Of a DNA stretch of 64,000 nt, positions 8,102 through 16,688 are shown piece after piece. Under the pieces are notes generated by a model, which did not search any database, was not told the origin of the DNA, and was given only the letters and a program-made list of their open reading frames with translations. The stretch is from positions 2,231 through 66,230 of the forward strand of contig CAYWJA010000004.1 of assembly GCA_964458485.1 (NCBI GenBank), written 5' to 3'. Numbering within the stretch: position 1 is the stretch's first letter; each line of letters begins with the position of its first letter. The position numbers were made by a program, and so were the translations under genes. The stretch comes from an uncultured Candidatus Peribacteria bacterium (GTDB lineage: Bacteria > Patescibacteriota > Gracilibacteria > UM-FILTER-43-11).

Positions 8102-9496
8102 ATGCAATTAACAAGCCACGGAGCCGCCCTAGAGGTAACCGGCTCCCAACATTTATTACAAGTAAACGGTAAAAAAATCCTACTTGATTGTGGATTATTC
8201 CAGGGTCGCAGAAAGGAAGCTGCGGAAAAAAACAGTATTTTTGGGTTTGATCCAGCAGAAATTGACGCTGTTGTTCTATCACACGCCCATATTGATCATT
8301 CAGGCAATATACCAACGCTCGTAAAAAAAGGATTTAAAGGTGTTATATATTGTACCGAAGCAACGGAAAATTTATGCGGAGCTTTGCTTTTAGACAGTGC
8401 ATATATACAGGAAAGTGATGCAGAATATATGAAGCGCAAGCATGCGGATACGGCTCTTGAGCCAATTGAACCACTTTATACGCAAGAAGATGCAAAATTG
8501 GCTTTATTGTCGTTCAAGGGTCAGGATTATAAAAAACAATTTGAAGTATGTGAAGGTGTGAAAGTAACTTTTAAAGAAGCCGGCCACATCCTTGGCGCTG
8601 CAATAGTAGTTTTAGATATTGATGATAGGGAAGATGGTAAGCATAAACGCCTTGTATTCACTGGTGATTTGGGCAGATACCATCTGCCAATAATCAGAGA
8701 TCCTGAGACAGTTGATGAGGCGGATTATTTAATATGCGAAAGTACTTATGGGAACAGAATGCACGACCCCGCAGAAGAAGGTATGCCTGCACTTTCCAGA
8801 GTAATAAACAGGACAATAAAACGTGGTGGCAAAATTATTATTCCTGCATTTGCGCTAGAGCGTAGTCAAGAATTACTTTATAGCCTACACGTTCTTATAC
8901 ACCATAAGAAAATACCAGATAATCTGCCAATATTTTTAGACAGCCCTCTTGCAAATGCTGTAACTAATATATTTAAACAGCATATCGAGCTCTACGATGA
9001 AGAAATTAAGGCCGAATTCAAAAGCCATAATCCATTTACAATGCGACAGTTAAAGCAAACTGCTTCTGCAGAAGAATCAAAAGAGCTTAATTACTTTATT
9101 GGGCCTTGTATAATCATTTCTGCGAGTGGAATGTGCGAAGCCGGTCGTATTCGTCATCATCTAAAAAACAACATTGAGGACCCGAAAAATACGATTGTTG
9201 TTGTTGGATATATGGCTGAAAATACACTCGGGCGCAGAATTGTAAATAAGGAGCCGCTGATAAAAATATTCGATAAAATGTATATGCTCAAATCAGAGGT
9301 TGTAGTGTTAGAAGCCTTTAGCGCCCATGCTGATATGAATGATTTGGACAACTATGTAAAATCGATTAAGGGGCTTAAAAAAGTACTGCTTGTACACGGT
9401 GAAGAAGATCAATCCAGCGCATTCGCAGAGAGAATTAAAGAATATTCCGATGCTGATGTTACAGTAATGATGCCACAGGTTACTGTTGATCTATAG
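8102..9496 (+). CDS. MBL-fold beta-CASP RNA-metabolising nuclease
   Basis: The HxHxDH motif (SHAHIDHSG) and overall layout fit bacterial CPSF/RNase J-like beta-CASP proteins. The track start at 7988 is a GTG reading through repeats, and the ATG at 8102 (MQLTSHGAA) fits better. Confidence 0.85.
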   Translation: MQLTSHGAALEVTGSQHLLQVNGKKILLDCGLFQGRRKEAAEKNSIFGFDPAEIDAVVLSHAHIDHSGNIPTLVKKGFKGVIYCTEATENLCGALLLDSAYIQESDAEYMKRKHADTALEPIEPLYTQEDAKLALLSFKGQDYKKQFEVCEGVKVTFKEAGHILGAAIVVLDIDDREDGKHKRLVFTGDLGRYHLPIIRDPETVDEADYLICESTYGNRMHDPAEEGMPALSRVINRTIKRGGKIIIPAFALERSQELLYSLHVLIHHKKIPDNLPIFLDSPLANAVTNIFKQHIELYDEEIKAEFKSHNPFTMRQLKQTASAEESKELNYFIGPCIIISASGMCEAGRIRHHLKNNIEDPKNTIVVVGYMAENTLGRRIVNKEPLIKIFDKMYMLKSEVVVLEAFSAHADMNDLDNYVKSIKGLKKVLLVHGEEDQSSAFAERIKEYSDADVTVMMPQVTVDL

Positions 9497-9569
9497 CAAT
9501 TTACTAGCTGAAGAATTCTTGCTCTGGACAAAATAATTGTTATCAGCTAAATTAACTACGCTTATTTGC

Positions 9570-9662
9570 GGAGAGATACCCAAGTGGCTGAAGGGGCGGC
9601 TTTGCTAAAGCTGTAGGGGGATTTTTATCCCCGCGAGGGTTCGAATCCCTCTCTCTCCGCCA
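9570..9662 (+). tRNA. tRNA-Ser (anticodon GCT, reads AGY), CCA encoded
   Basis: Hand-folded. Acceptor ggagaga/tctctcc, D arm ccc-aagtggctgaa-ggg, anticodon stem cggct/agctg with loop ttGCTaa. There is a long variable arm (tagggggatttttatccccgc) and T arm gaggg-ttcgaat-ccctc, then discriminator g and CCA. Confidence 0.9.
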
Positions 9663-9864
9663 CAATTAATTAAGGGTTATATATCTTATTTACCGTAGAT
9701 GAGAACCCACCGATACAATTTTAATATAAATTTAATACTGGGTGTTCGCCGCGAAAAAGAAGCAAAGTCCCGACAAAGTCGGGACGTAAGCGACTATTTG
9801 AGCGCTCGACCTCGGACGGTATGCCTGAGCGTTAGCGAATGGTATACCGGAGAATGTAAGAATA

Positions 9865-9881
9865 TCCCTCTCTCTCCGCCA
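9865..9881 (+). repeat. Duplicate of the tRNA-Ser 3' end (att-like direct repeat 2)
   Basis: tccctctctctccgcca at 9865-9881 is identical (17/17) to 9646-9662 inside the tRNA. Confidence 0.9.
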
Positions 9882-9895
9882 TTTTAAACATAATT

Positions 9896-10234
9896 ATGAC
9901 AAAAAAAATCATCCTCATAATAATTCTCTTCATCCTACTACTTCATGCAGTAACCTTTTTTATAGATAAATCACGCATAAATAACAATAAAAAACCCATA
10001 TTCATTATTTCGACTACATTTTTAAAAGATGGTGGTACAACTATCAGTCACGGAATGGGGTATAAGATAATTTATTGGCATTTCCTTACCTCTAAAAAAA
10101 TTGGCGATAAAAAAATAGACGGATATAATGTCGGATATGAAATATTCCATATAACGAACTCAAAATACTTTAAAGATTTTAGAAGCCTTGAAAGGTCAAC
10201 AGACGCAAAATTGGAATTCTTGCCCATAAAATAG
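9896..10234 (+). CDS. Small membrane-anchored hypothetical protein
   Basis: 112 aa with an ATG start and an N-terminal hydrophobic helix (IILIIILFILLLHAVTFF). It is bracketed by the repeats at 9873-9886 and 10243-10256. Confidence 0.5.
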   Translation: MTKKIILIIILFILLLHAVTFFIDKSRINNNKKPIFIISTTFLKDGGTTISHGMGYKIIYWHFLTSKKIGDKKIDGYNVGYEIFHITNSKYFKDFRSLERSTDAKLEFLPIK

Positions 10235-10242
10235 AAATATTT

Positions 10243-10256
10243 TCTCCGCCATTTTA
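10243..10256 (+). repeat. Third partial copy of the tRNA-Ser 3' end plus flank
   Basis: tctccgccatttta at 10243-10256 is identical to 9873-9886. Confidence 0.8.
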
Positions 10257-10258
10257 TA

Positions 10259-10837
10259 CTAGCGACTTCTCGACCAAAAACGACTCTTGCTCACTACACT
10301 TTTCCAGGTAAGCTTATTTGCCTTAAAACCGAATCTCCTTAAAATCTTACGCACTTCAACCTCCTGATGTGAAGTGAGTAATTTCTTTTTATGAAAAGGA
10401 AAATAACTAGAGCGGCTAATCAACCCTCTTGAAGTATCAGAATGGACCTTCGGAATGTCAAAAATAGTCTTATTTAAATAGAAGGGTAACAAATCTCCTA
10501 TCACAGGTTCTCTGTCTATTCCTGCGGCATTCTTAATTAATTCCACCGTTAATCTACCAAATGTTCTTATATCAATTAATGGATAATTACATGCATCAGG
10601 ATTTGCCTTAATCGCCTCTACTAATTGGACTCTTGCAAGGTCTTTGGCGCTCATAACAGCCTCAGCTTTGGACGTAGTGTGAGTCTTTATAATACCATCT
10701 GCCTTAGCACGCACAGTCTTCATGTTAGCAATATCATTGTCATCCACAGGCCCAGTCTCCAGCTCAGACAAAAGAGCATGTATTCTATCAATAATACTTA
10801 AAGTTTCTGTGGGTTTATTTGTATCAGAATCTGTCAT
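10259..10837 (-). CDS. Hypothetical protein, tandem paralogue 1
   Basis: 192 aa with an ATG start. It shares blocks with the next ORF: LVEAIKANPDACNYPLIDIRTFG, IGDLLPFY and EVEVRKILRRFGF. Confidence 0.6.
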   Translation of the reverse strand: MTDSDTNKPTETLSIIDRIHALLSELETGPVDDNDIANMKTVRAKADGIIKTHTTSKAEAVMSAKDLARVQLVEAIKANPDACNYPLIDIRTFGRLTVELIKNAAGIDREPVIGDLLPFYLNKTIFDIPKVHSDTSRGLISRSSYFPFHKKKLLTSHQEVEVRKILRRFGFKANKLTWKSVVSKSRFWSRSR

Positions 10838-10872
10838 AAAAAATATTTAGTTAAAATTATATAAACAATAAA

Positions 10873-11466
10873 TCAATCCTCATCCTTCCAATTCTCTGGA
10901 TCTAATTCCATATACTCAATATATTCCCAGTCTAAATCATTGAGAAGGCAGACCCTATTTGTTGGCAATGTGCCGGCTTCTCCGACTATCCTTTTTAGTG
11001 CCTTTTTATCTAATCCACTAGGATTAAATCTATGCCTCTTTCCTAATCCGCCTATGTACATTGGTAAGTCCAAAATTAGTTCACGAGGATCAAATCCAAA
11101 TTGTCTTCTTAAAACTTTACGTACCTCAACTTCCTGTCGTGCATTTAGGCGGTCATAAATATCTCCGTCTTTATAATAAGGCAATAAATCTCCAATTGTA
11201 CTATGTGGTAAAGTTTTTTCGCCAAACCCATATATATCACTCAATGGATAATCTCGGGCTCCTGGATTTGCCTTAATTGCTTCTATTAACCGCTCTTTTG
11301 ACATACCCTCAGGTGCCCCAGTGGCCTCATGTGATTTAATTAATGCATTAATCCTATCACGTTGTGCCCTAAGCTTAGCAATATCGCCAATAGGGATATT
11401 TCCTGATTCTGCCTGAGATAAAACTCTGCCTATTTTTACTTCCGCGTTAAGTCTACGTCCACCCAT
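10873..11466 (-). CDS. Hypothetical protein, tandem paralogue 2
   Basis: 197 aa with an ATG start. It carries the matching blocks LIEAIKANPGARDYPLSDIYGFG, IGDLLPYY and EVEVRKVLRRQFGF. Confidence 0.6.
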   Translation of the reverse strand: MGGRRLNAEVKIGRVLSQAESGNIPIGDIAKLRAQRDRINALIKSHEATGAPEGMSKERLIEAIKANPGARDYPLSDIYGFGEKTLPHSTIGDLLPYYKDGDIYDRLNARQEVEVRKVLRRQFGFDPRELILDLPMYIGGLGKRHRFNPSGLDKKALKRIVGEAGTLPTNRVCLLNDLDWEYIEYMELDPENWKDED

Positions 11467-11535
11467 AAAAAATAAAGATTATATAAATAAGGTTACTATT
11501 AAACCAAAGTTCATATAATTTGTCAAGCCTAAAGC

Positions 11536-12531
11536 CTATAAATCAATCTTCAGCCCTTTTTTTATTTTCTTTTTCGATTTATAAACAATCAACTCATCCA
11601 CCAACCCCTGTTTTTTGAGTGATTGATAAAGTGTAGGGCCTGGTTCAACTAAAACTGATCCAATTTTTTGTTTTGCAAGATGGGCAAAAAGTTTTTTCAA
11701 GCTAACTTGTTTTTTGGTTGGGCTACGCCAGATTTTCGATTTTCGACCTTGCCTACCGGCAGGCAGGTTGTCGATTTTCGATTTTTTCATTGTTGTCGCA
11801 ATCAAATAATTCCCATCCTTCAAAACCCTTGCCTCTTTCGGAACTCTCAACTTCGAATCCAAAACAATTCGCAAAGGATCTTTGCCTTTAACTAATCTGA
11901 CATTTAACCTCGGATCATCATCCAAAACCGTATTTATCCCCACCATAATGGCTTGATGATCAGCACGTAGCTGATGAACCTCTTTATCCTGCTTTTTTGT
12001 CGTAAAATAGACAGGCTGACCATTCTCACCCGCCACAAAGCCATCTGCTGACATTGCAATTTTAACTGTTATGTAAGGTCTGTTCTTTGTAACCCGTGTA
12101 TAAAAAAATTTATTGAGCTCCTTGCATTGCCTGGAGCTTCTCCCAGATAAAAATTGAATCTGCAATCGGGGGTCTGCAATCGGGAATCGATTTTGAAATG
12201 GATCCCTTGCATCACAAATAATACGAGTAATCCCAACCTTCTTAATCAAATCCAGACAAGGTGGAGTTTTGCCAAAGTGCCGGCACGGTTCTAATGTTAC
12301 ATAAATAGTCGCTCCTTTCAGATCATCCTTGTTCTTAGCTGATTTAATCGCATTTACCTCCGCATGCGACCCACCAAATTTTTTATGATAACCTTTTCCA
12401 ATCACCTTCTTATTTTTAACAATCACAGCCCCAACCATTGGGTTCGGCGCAACCGCACGACCACCCAATTGTGCTAACTTGAGAGCCTGTAACATGTATT
12501 TTTGATCATTAGACCTTGAGGCTTGAGACAT
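11536..12531 (-). CDS. ribD: Bifunctional riboflavin biosynthesis deaminase/reductase
   Basis: The deaminase motifs HAEVNAI and TLEPCRHFGKTPPC are followed by a reductase domain. The track start at 12558 is a TTG inside a word array, and the ATG at 12531 (MSQASRSNDQKYMLQAL) fits the RibD N-terminus. Confidence 0.9.
   Translation of the reverse strand: MSQASRSNDQKYMLQALKLAQLGGRAVAPNPMVGAVIVKNKKVIGKGYHKKFGGSHAEVNAIKSAKNKDDLKGATIYVTLEPCRHFGKTPPCLDLIKKVGITRIICDARDPFQNRFPIADPRLQIQFLSGRSSRQCKELNKFFYTRVTKNRPYITVKIAMSADGFVAGENGQPVYFTTKKQDKEVHQLRADHQAIMVGINTVLDDDPRLNVRLVKGKDPLRIVLDSKLRVPKEARVLKDGNYLIATTMKKSKIDNLPAGRQGRKSKIWRSPTKKQVSLKKLFAHLAKQKIGSVLVEPGPTLYQSLKKQGLVDELIVYKSKKKIKKGLKIDL
11731..11787. 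repeat. Word-array / GC-hairpin / word-array element inside the ribD frame
   Basis: The plus strand reads gattttcgattttcga-ccttgcctaccggcaggcagg-ttgtcgattttcgatttt. On the gene strand this translates as KSKIDNLPAGRQGRKSKI. Confidence 0.8.
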
Positions 12532-12757
12532 GCACTTGAGACTAAATAATATTGACAATCACAATTTTTACATGATATACAGATATTCTCAATGTGAATT
12601 ATGGAAATTAAATGAACTATTTTGTATTTTAATGAATATTTTGTATGAAACATCGCAGTATTGAACGCAAACGTCTCCGATCATCCGGACACGATTATTC
12701 ATCGGACGGATTACACGCCATCACAATCACTGAAACATGTGAAGGAATTTTTAGGTA

Positions 12758-12820
12758 AATGCGAAATGCCAAATGATCCCGATGAAATCGGGACGAAATC
12801 AGAAATGCGAAATGCGAAAT
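12758..12820. repeat. Word array / hairpin / word array composite between ribD and comM
   Basis: aaatgcgaaatgccaaatga, then the hairpin tcccgatgaaatcggga (12777-12793), then cgaaatcagaaatgcgaaatgcgaaat. Positions 12794-12815 are identical to 59387-59408. Confidence 0.85.
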
Positions 12821-12848
12821 AAATATTTTATCCCATAAAATTTATAAC

Positions 12849-14366
12849 ATGCCATCAAAATTACAGAGCATAGAACTACACGGCCTAGACGGGTACCTGG
12901 TTGAAATAGAGGTTGATCGCCGTGCAAGTAACCAAAAATTTATTATCGTCGGCCTGCCAGATAAAGCTGTGCAGGAGGCCTGTGAACGCGTAACCAGTGC
13001 TGTAAAAAATTCTGATTTTGATTTCCCACGAGGAAAGGTAATTGTCAGCTTAGCCCCCGCGGATCTGAGGAAGGCAGGACCACGCTACGATCTACCAATC
13101 GCATTAGGCATCGTTGCACTAATGAAACAGGTATCTGTTAAAACATTTAAAAATACAGCTATTATCGGCGAACTTGCTTTAGATGGAACAGTGAGGCCTA
13201 TAAACGGAATTTTATCGAGTGTCGAATTTGCAAAAAAACAAAATTTTGAAAAAATTATTCTCCCAAAAGAAAATGCAAAAGAAGCAGCTCTGATCCCAGA
13301 TATTCAAATAATACCTGTGGCAAATTTACGGGAAGCTGTAATGCATTTAAAGAAAAAATTATTCGCATTGCCGATCGATCCGCCTAAATTCAAATCTAGT
13401 AGCAATAATGCAATTGATATGTCTATGGTCAAAGGACAGTCACAAGCAAAACGAGCACTTGAGATTGCAGCATCCGGCGGACATAATATTTTATTATATG
13501 GAGCGCCGGGGTCGGGAAAAACCTTAATGGCAAAAGCTTTAGCTGGAATATTGCCATCGATGTGCATTGAAGAAATGCTTGAAGTTTCAAAAATTTATTC
13601 CATTGCGGGCTTATTGCCCAAAAAACAGCCATTAATTACAACCAGACCCTTCCGCCCAATCCATCATACTGCATCAGCCGTGAGTATCGTGGGCGGTGGA
13701 AACATACCAGGGCCTGGAGAAATATCATTAGCACACAGGGGTGTTCTTTTTATGGATGAAATTGCCGAATTTCCAAGAAGTGTACTTGAGGTATTAAGGC
13801 AGCCAATGGAAGATCGAATTGTCACTGTATCCAGAGCGAAGGGAACATGCACATATCCTTGTCAATTTACATTAGTAGCGGCCATGAACCCATGCCCGTG
13901 CGGATATAAAAATGTAGAGAACATACATGAGGAGTGTAACTGTTCTGCCCTAGAAATACAGAGGTACGAAAAAAAATTGTCAGGCCCGTTGCTAGATCGA
14001 ATTGATATGTTTATTAATGTAAATCCTGTAGATTTTTCAAAACTTACAGACCAAAAAAAATCTGAAACGTCCAAAACAATATGCAGGCGTATCGAAAAAG
14101 CCAATAAACGACAGCGGAAAAGATATAAAAAAACCAACATCAAATGTAATGCAGAAATGGAAAATAAAGATATTGAAAAATATTGCCCACTGGATGATCA
14201 ATCAAAAAACCTGCTCGCCACAGCAATGAGCCAAATGAATTTATCAGCAAGGGGGTATTTTAGGATCATAAAGCTCGCCCGCACAATTGCGGACCTCGAT
14301 CGCTCACCTGCGATTACGCCAGCACATATTGCGGAAGCTCTGCAATATAGGAAGAAATTTTTTTAA
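12849..14366 (+). CDS. comM: YifB/ComM family Mg-chelatase-like AAA ATPase
   Basis: 505 aa with a Lon-like N-terminal domain, Walker A (GAPGSGKT) and the typical ComM C-terminal region. Confidence 0.9.
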   Translation: MPSKLQSIELHGLDGYLVEIEVDRRASNQKFIIVGLPDKAVQEACERVTSAVKNSDFDFPRGKVIVSLAPADLRKAGPRYDLPIALGIVALMKQVSVKTFKNTAIIGELALDGTVRPINGILSSVEFAKKQNFEKIILPKENAKEAALIPDIQIIPVANLREAVMHLKKKLFALPIDPPKFKSSSNNAIDMSMVKGQSQAKRALEIAASGGHNILLYGAPGSGKTLMAKALAGILPSMCIEEMLEVSKIYSIAGLLPKKQPLITTRPFRPIHHTASAVSIVGGGNIPGPGEISLAHRGVLFMDEIAEFPRSVLEVLRQPMEDRIVTVSRAKGTCTYPCQFTLVAAMNPCPCGYKNVENIHEECNCSALEIQRYEKKLSGPLLDRIDMFINVNPVDFSKLTDQKKSETSKTICRRIEKANKRQRKRYKKTNIKCNAEMENKDIEKYCPLDDQSKNLLATAMSQMNLSARGYFRIIKLARTIADLDRSPAITPAHIAEALQYRKKFF

Positions 14367-14580
14367 GTTTCAAGCTGAAGGTTTCCAATAATAAAAAAAT
14401 GACTTAAATAAGCCAAAAAATAGATATACCCCAGAAAAAGAGATTGCTATTTTTCAACATAAATGATACAATGATACAAACACCCGAATGAACAAAGATG
14501 ACAAAGTTGCAAATTAGGGAATTAATAATAAATGGTCTCACCTGCTCATATGCTCAATACAATAAAAGATGTTAAGAAAT

Positions 14581-14613
14581 AGCACTTTGAGCACTTGAGC
14601 ACTTGAGCACCTG
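14581..14613. repeat. Word array gcacttgag x3 just upstream of rnj
   Basis: agcactttgagcacttgagcacttgagcacctg ends 8 nt before the ATG at 14622. Confidence 0.85.
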
Positions 14614-14621
14614 AAAAAATA

Positions 14622-16559
14622 ATGAATAAATTAGATGAGTGGTTAAACAAAAAAACCCGTCCGGGCAGGCACGGGCAGACACAACCACAAACAAAAAAAA
14701 CAAATACAGCAACGACATCTGGAAATGCTGTAGGAACAAGCCATAGCGCATCCCAAAAAGATCATGGAGCCAAGCCTACACAAACAGACAACACAAAGCC
14801 TGTAAGACATCAACACAAACCTGCACACCAGCATCACAAGAAACCATATAAACATGGTAAAAAACCACATGGGCACAGTAAAAAGTCTACCGATAAAATG
14901 CGCATAATCCCACTAGGTGGGCTTGAGGAGGTTGGTAAAAACATCACAGCCATAGAATATGGCAATGATATCATTTTGATAGATTGCGGCATGTCTTTTG
15001 CGGGGCCCGAAATGCTCGGAGTAGATTATATTGTGCCCGATGTTACATATCTGCAAAAAAGAAAGAATAAGGTCAGAGGTATCATTTTCACACATGGGCA
15101 TCTGGATCACATCGGTGCAGCACAATACGTGGTACCAAAGCTTGGTAACCCACCATTGTATGCAACCAAATTAACAGCCGGCCTTCTTAAAAACAGATTG
15201 CGAGAATTCGCACTAGACAAAAGTGTGCATTTAAATGAATATAATGAAACCACAAAATTAAAATTAGGTGCATTTGAGATAGAATTCTTTCGTGTTAACC
15301 ATAGTATTCCAGATGGAATGGGAGTATTTATAAAATCCCCTGCGGGTACAATCGTACACAGTGGAGATTTTAAATTTGACCATGCACCAGCTATTGATAA
15401 ACCGGCTGACATGCAGCGCATAGCGGAACTCGGAAAAAGAGGGATTGATGTTTTAATGATCGATAGCACTAATGCAATTAAGCCTGGCTTCTGCAAATCG
15501 GAAAAAGAAATAGCAGGTAACATAGAAGATGTTGTCGCAAAAGCCAAGGGACGCCTGATTATTGCATCCTTCTCTTCATTAATCGGACGTATTAATCAAA
15601 TTTGTAATATTGCAGCGCAGTACAACCGAAAAGTATTTTTATCCGGTCGTTCAATGGTAGATAATATGAAATTAGCCGAAAGGCTCGACTATACGACTTA
15701 CCCCAAAGGGACTGTGCGCAAAATTAACCCTTCTATAAACAAATTACCACCAAGCCAGACAATTATCCTTACAACCGGTGCACAAGGAGAAACTCTAAGT
15801 GCATTAACCAGAATGGGAATTGGTGAACATGCACAAATTAAAATACGTGAGGGTGACACTGTTGTAATCTCCGCAAGTCCGATACCCGGCAATGAACTAG
15901 CTATTGTAAGTGTAATAAACAATCTTTATTCACTAGGGGCCAGAGTGATTACAAACGGTGAAATGGATGTTCATGTATCCGGCCACGCACATGCAGAAGA
16001 GGTAAAATTAATGCGGTCTTTAATAAAACCCCAATGCTATGTTCCGATTCATGGAGAGCTATTTATGCGCATGGGGCATGCAGAAATGATCAGAAAAATA
16101 GCCGATCCAGATATGTCTATAACAATGTTGGAAAACAATGGGGACATTCTAGAAATAGGTAGACAAGGTATACGAAAGTCCAAACAAAAAATACCTGCAA
16201 ATGATATTCTTGTGGACGGACTTGGCTTTGGTGATATTGGCTCTAAAGTTATACAAGACAGAAAAATAATGTCTACCGATGGAATCCTTTTAATACTTTT
16301 TCATGCATATGAAAAAACCAAGCGCTTAATCGGAGAACCTGATATAATTTCGCGCGGGTTTGTATATGTAAAAGAATCACAAACTATTGCAGCTGAGACA
16401 AAGCAGGTTGCAAAAAAAGCCTTTGAACAGATAGTTGCAGAGAATCGGGAAATCGGCATGAAAGATTTAAAACAAGAAATAGCTCGGCGTGTTAACCAAT
16501 TTATACGCAAGCGACTAGGCAGAGAGCCTATGATTATACCGATACTTATGTATATTTAA
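14622..16559 (+). CDS. rnj: Ribonuclease J with a ~92-aa basic His/Lys/Pro/Thr-rich N-terminal extension
   Basis: The canonical RNase J core starts at MRIIPLGGLEEVGKN (ATG at 14898) with HGHLDHIG and beta-CASP regions. The extension frame is open from 14622, and the word array abuts that ATG. A start at 14898 cannot be excluded. Confidence 0.9.
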   Translation: MNKLDEWLNKKTRPGRHGQTQPQTKKTNTATTSGNAVGTSHSASQKDHGAKPTQTDNTKPVRHQHKPAHQHHKKPYKHGKKPHGHSKKSTDKMRIIPLGGLEEVGKNITAIEYGNDIILIDCGMSFAGPEMLGVDYIVPDVTYLQKRKNKVRGIIFTHGHLDHIGAAQYVVPKLGNPPLYATKLTAGLLKNRLREFALDKSVHLNEYNETTKLKLGAFEIEFFRVNHSIPDGMGVFIKSPAGTIVHSGDFKFDHAPAIDKPADMQRIAELGKRGIDVLMIDSTNAIKPGFCKSEKEIAGNIEDVVAKAKGRLIIASFSSLIGRINQICNIAAQYNRKVFLSGRSMVDNMKLAERLDYTTYPKGTVRKINPSINKLPPSQTIILTTGAQGETLSALTRMGIGEHAQIKIREGDTVVISASPIPGNELAIVSVINNLYSLGARVITNGEMDVHVSGHAHAEEVKLMRSLIKPQCYVPIHGELFMRMGHAEMIRKIADPDMSITMLENNGDILEIGRQGIRKSKQKIPANDILVDGLGFGDIGSKVIQDRKIMSTDGILLILFHAYEKTKRLIGEPDIISRGFVYVKESQTIAAETKQVAKKAFEQIVAENREIGMKDLKQEIARRVNQFIRKRLGREPMIIPILMYI

Positions 16560-16565
16560 CATATC

Positions 16566-16688
16566 GTTACCAAATAGTTTCCTGGCCTTCGGCTCACTAA
16601 GTTCGCTCAGGCCGTTTCCAAATAGTTACCAAATGGTTTACTGTCTGGAAACAATATGGAAACAATATGGAAACAATATGGAAACAAT
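16566..16688 (+). promoter_or_regulatory. Conserved repeat-built leader, copy B (upstream of the prepilin peptidase gene)
   Basis: gttaccaaatagtttcc, a GC hairpin, the core gtttccaaatagttaccaaatggtttact (16614-16642), then atggaaacaat x4 (16645-16688) ending at the ATG. Confidence 0.6.

Noticed and set aside
9740-9864. The GC-rich structured segment as a known small RNA (SRP/4.5S, 6S, RNase P, tmRNA).
   Set aside because: I could not find the conserved SRP domain-IV motif or other diagnostic blocks by eye, and the length does not fit RNase P or tmRNA. It is left as an unclassified observation.
9699-9887. 62-aa ORF covering the GC-rich piece after tRNA-Ser.
   Set aside because: It spans hairpins and the duplicated tRNA 3' end, and has neither a start context like other genes nor a plausible protein sequence. 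I treat it as non-coding.
9570-11466. An intact prophage or integrative element at tRNA-Ser.
   Set aside because: There is no integrase, excisionase, or phage or conjugation gene. Only short att-like scars and small orphans remain, so I report it as a scar or hotspot rather than as a mobile element.
15107-15547. 146-aa minus-strand ORF.
   Set aside because: It lies entirely antisense within RNase J.
16645-16688. The tandem arrays (this one and those at 2279, 21374, 42823, 50723 and elsewhere) as CRISPR arrays.
   Set aside because: Units are 7-16 nt and directly adjacent, with no unique spacers. No cas genes are present. This is not CRISPR.
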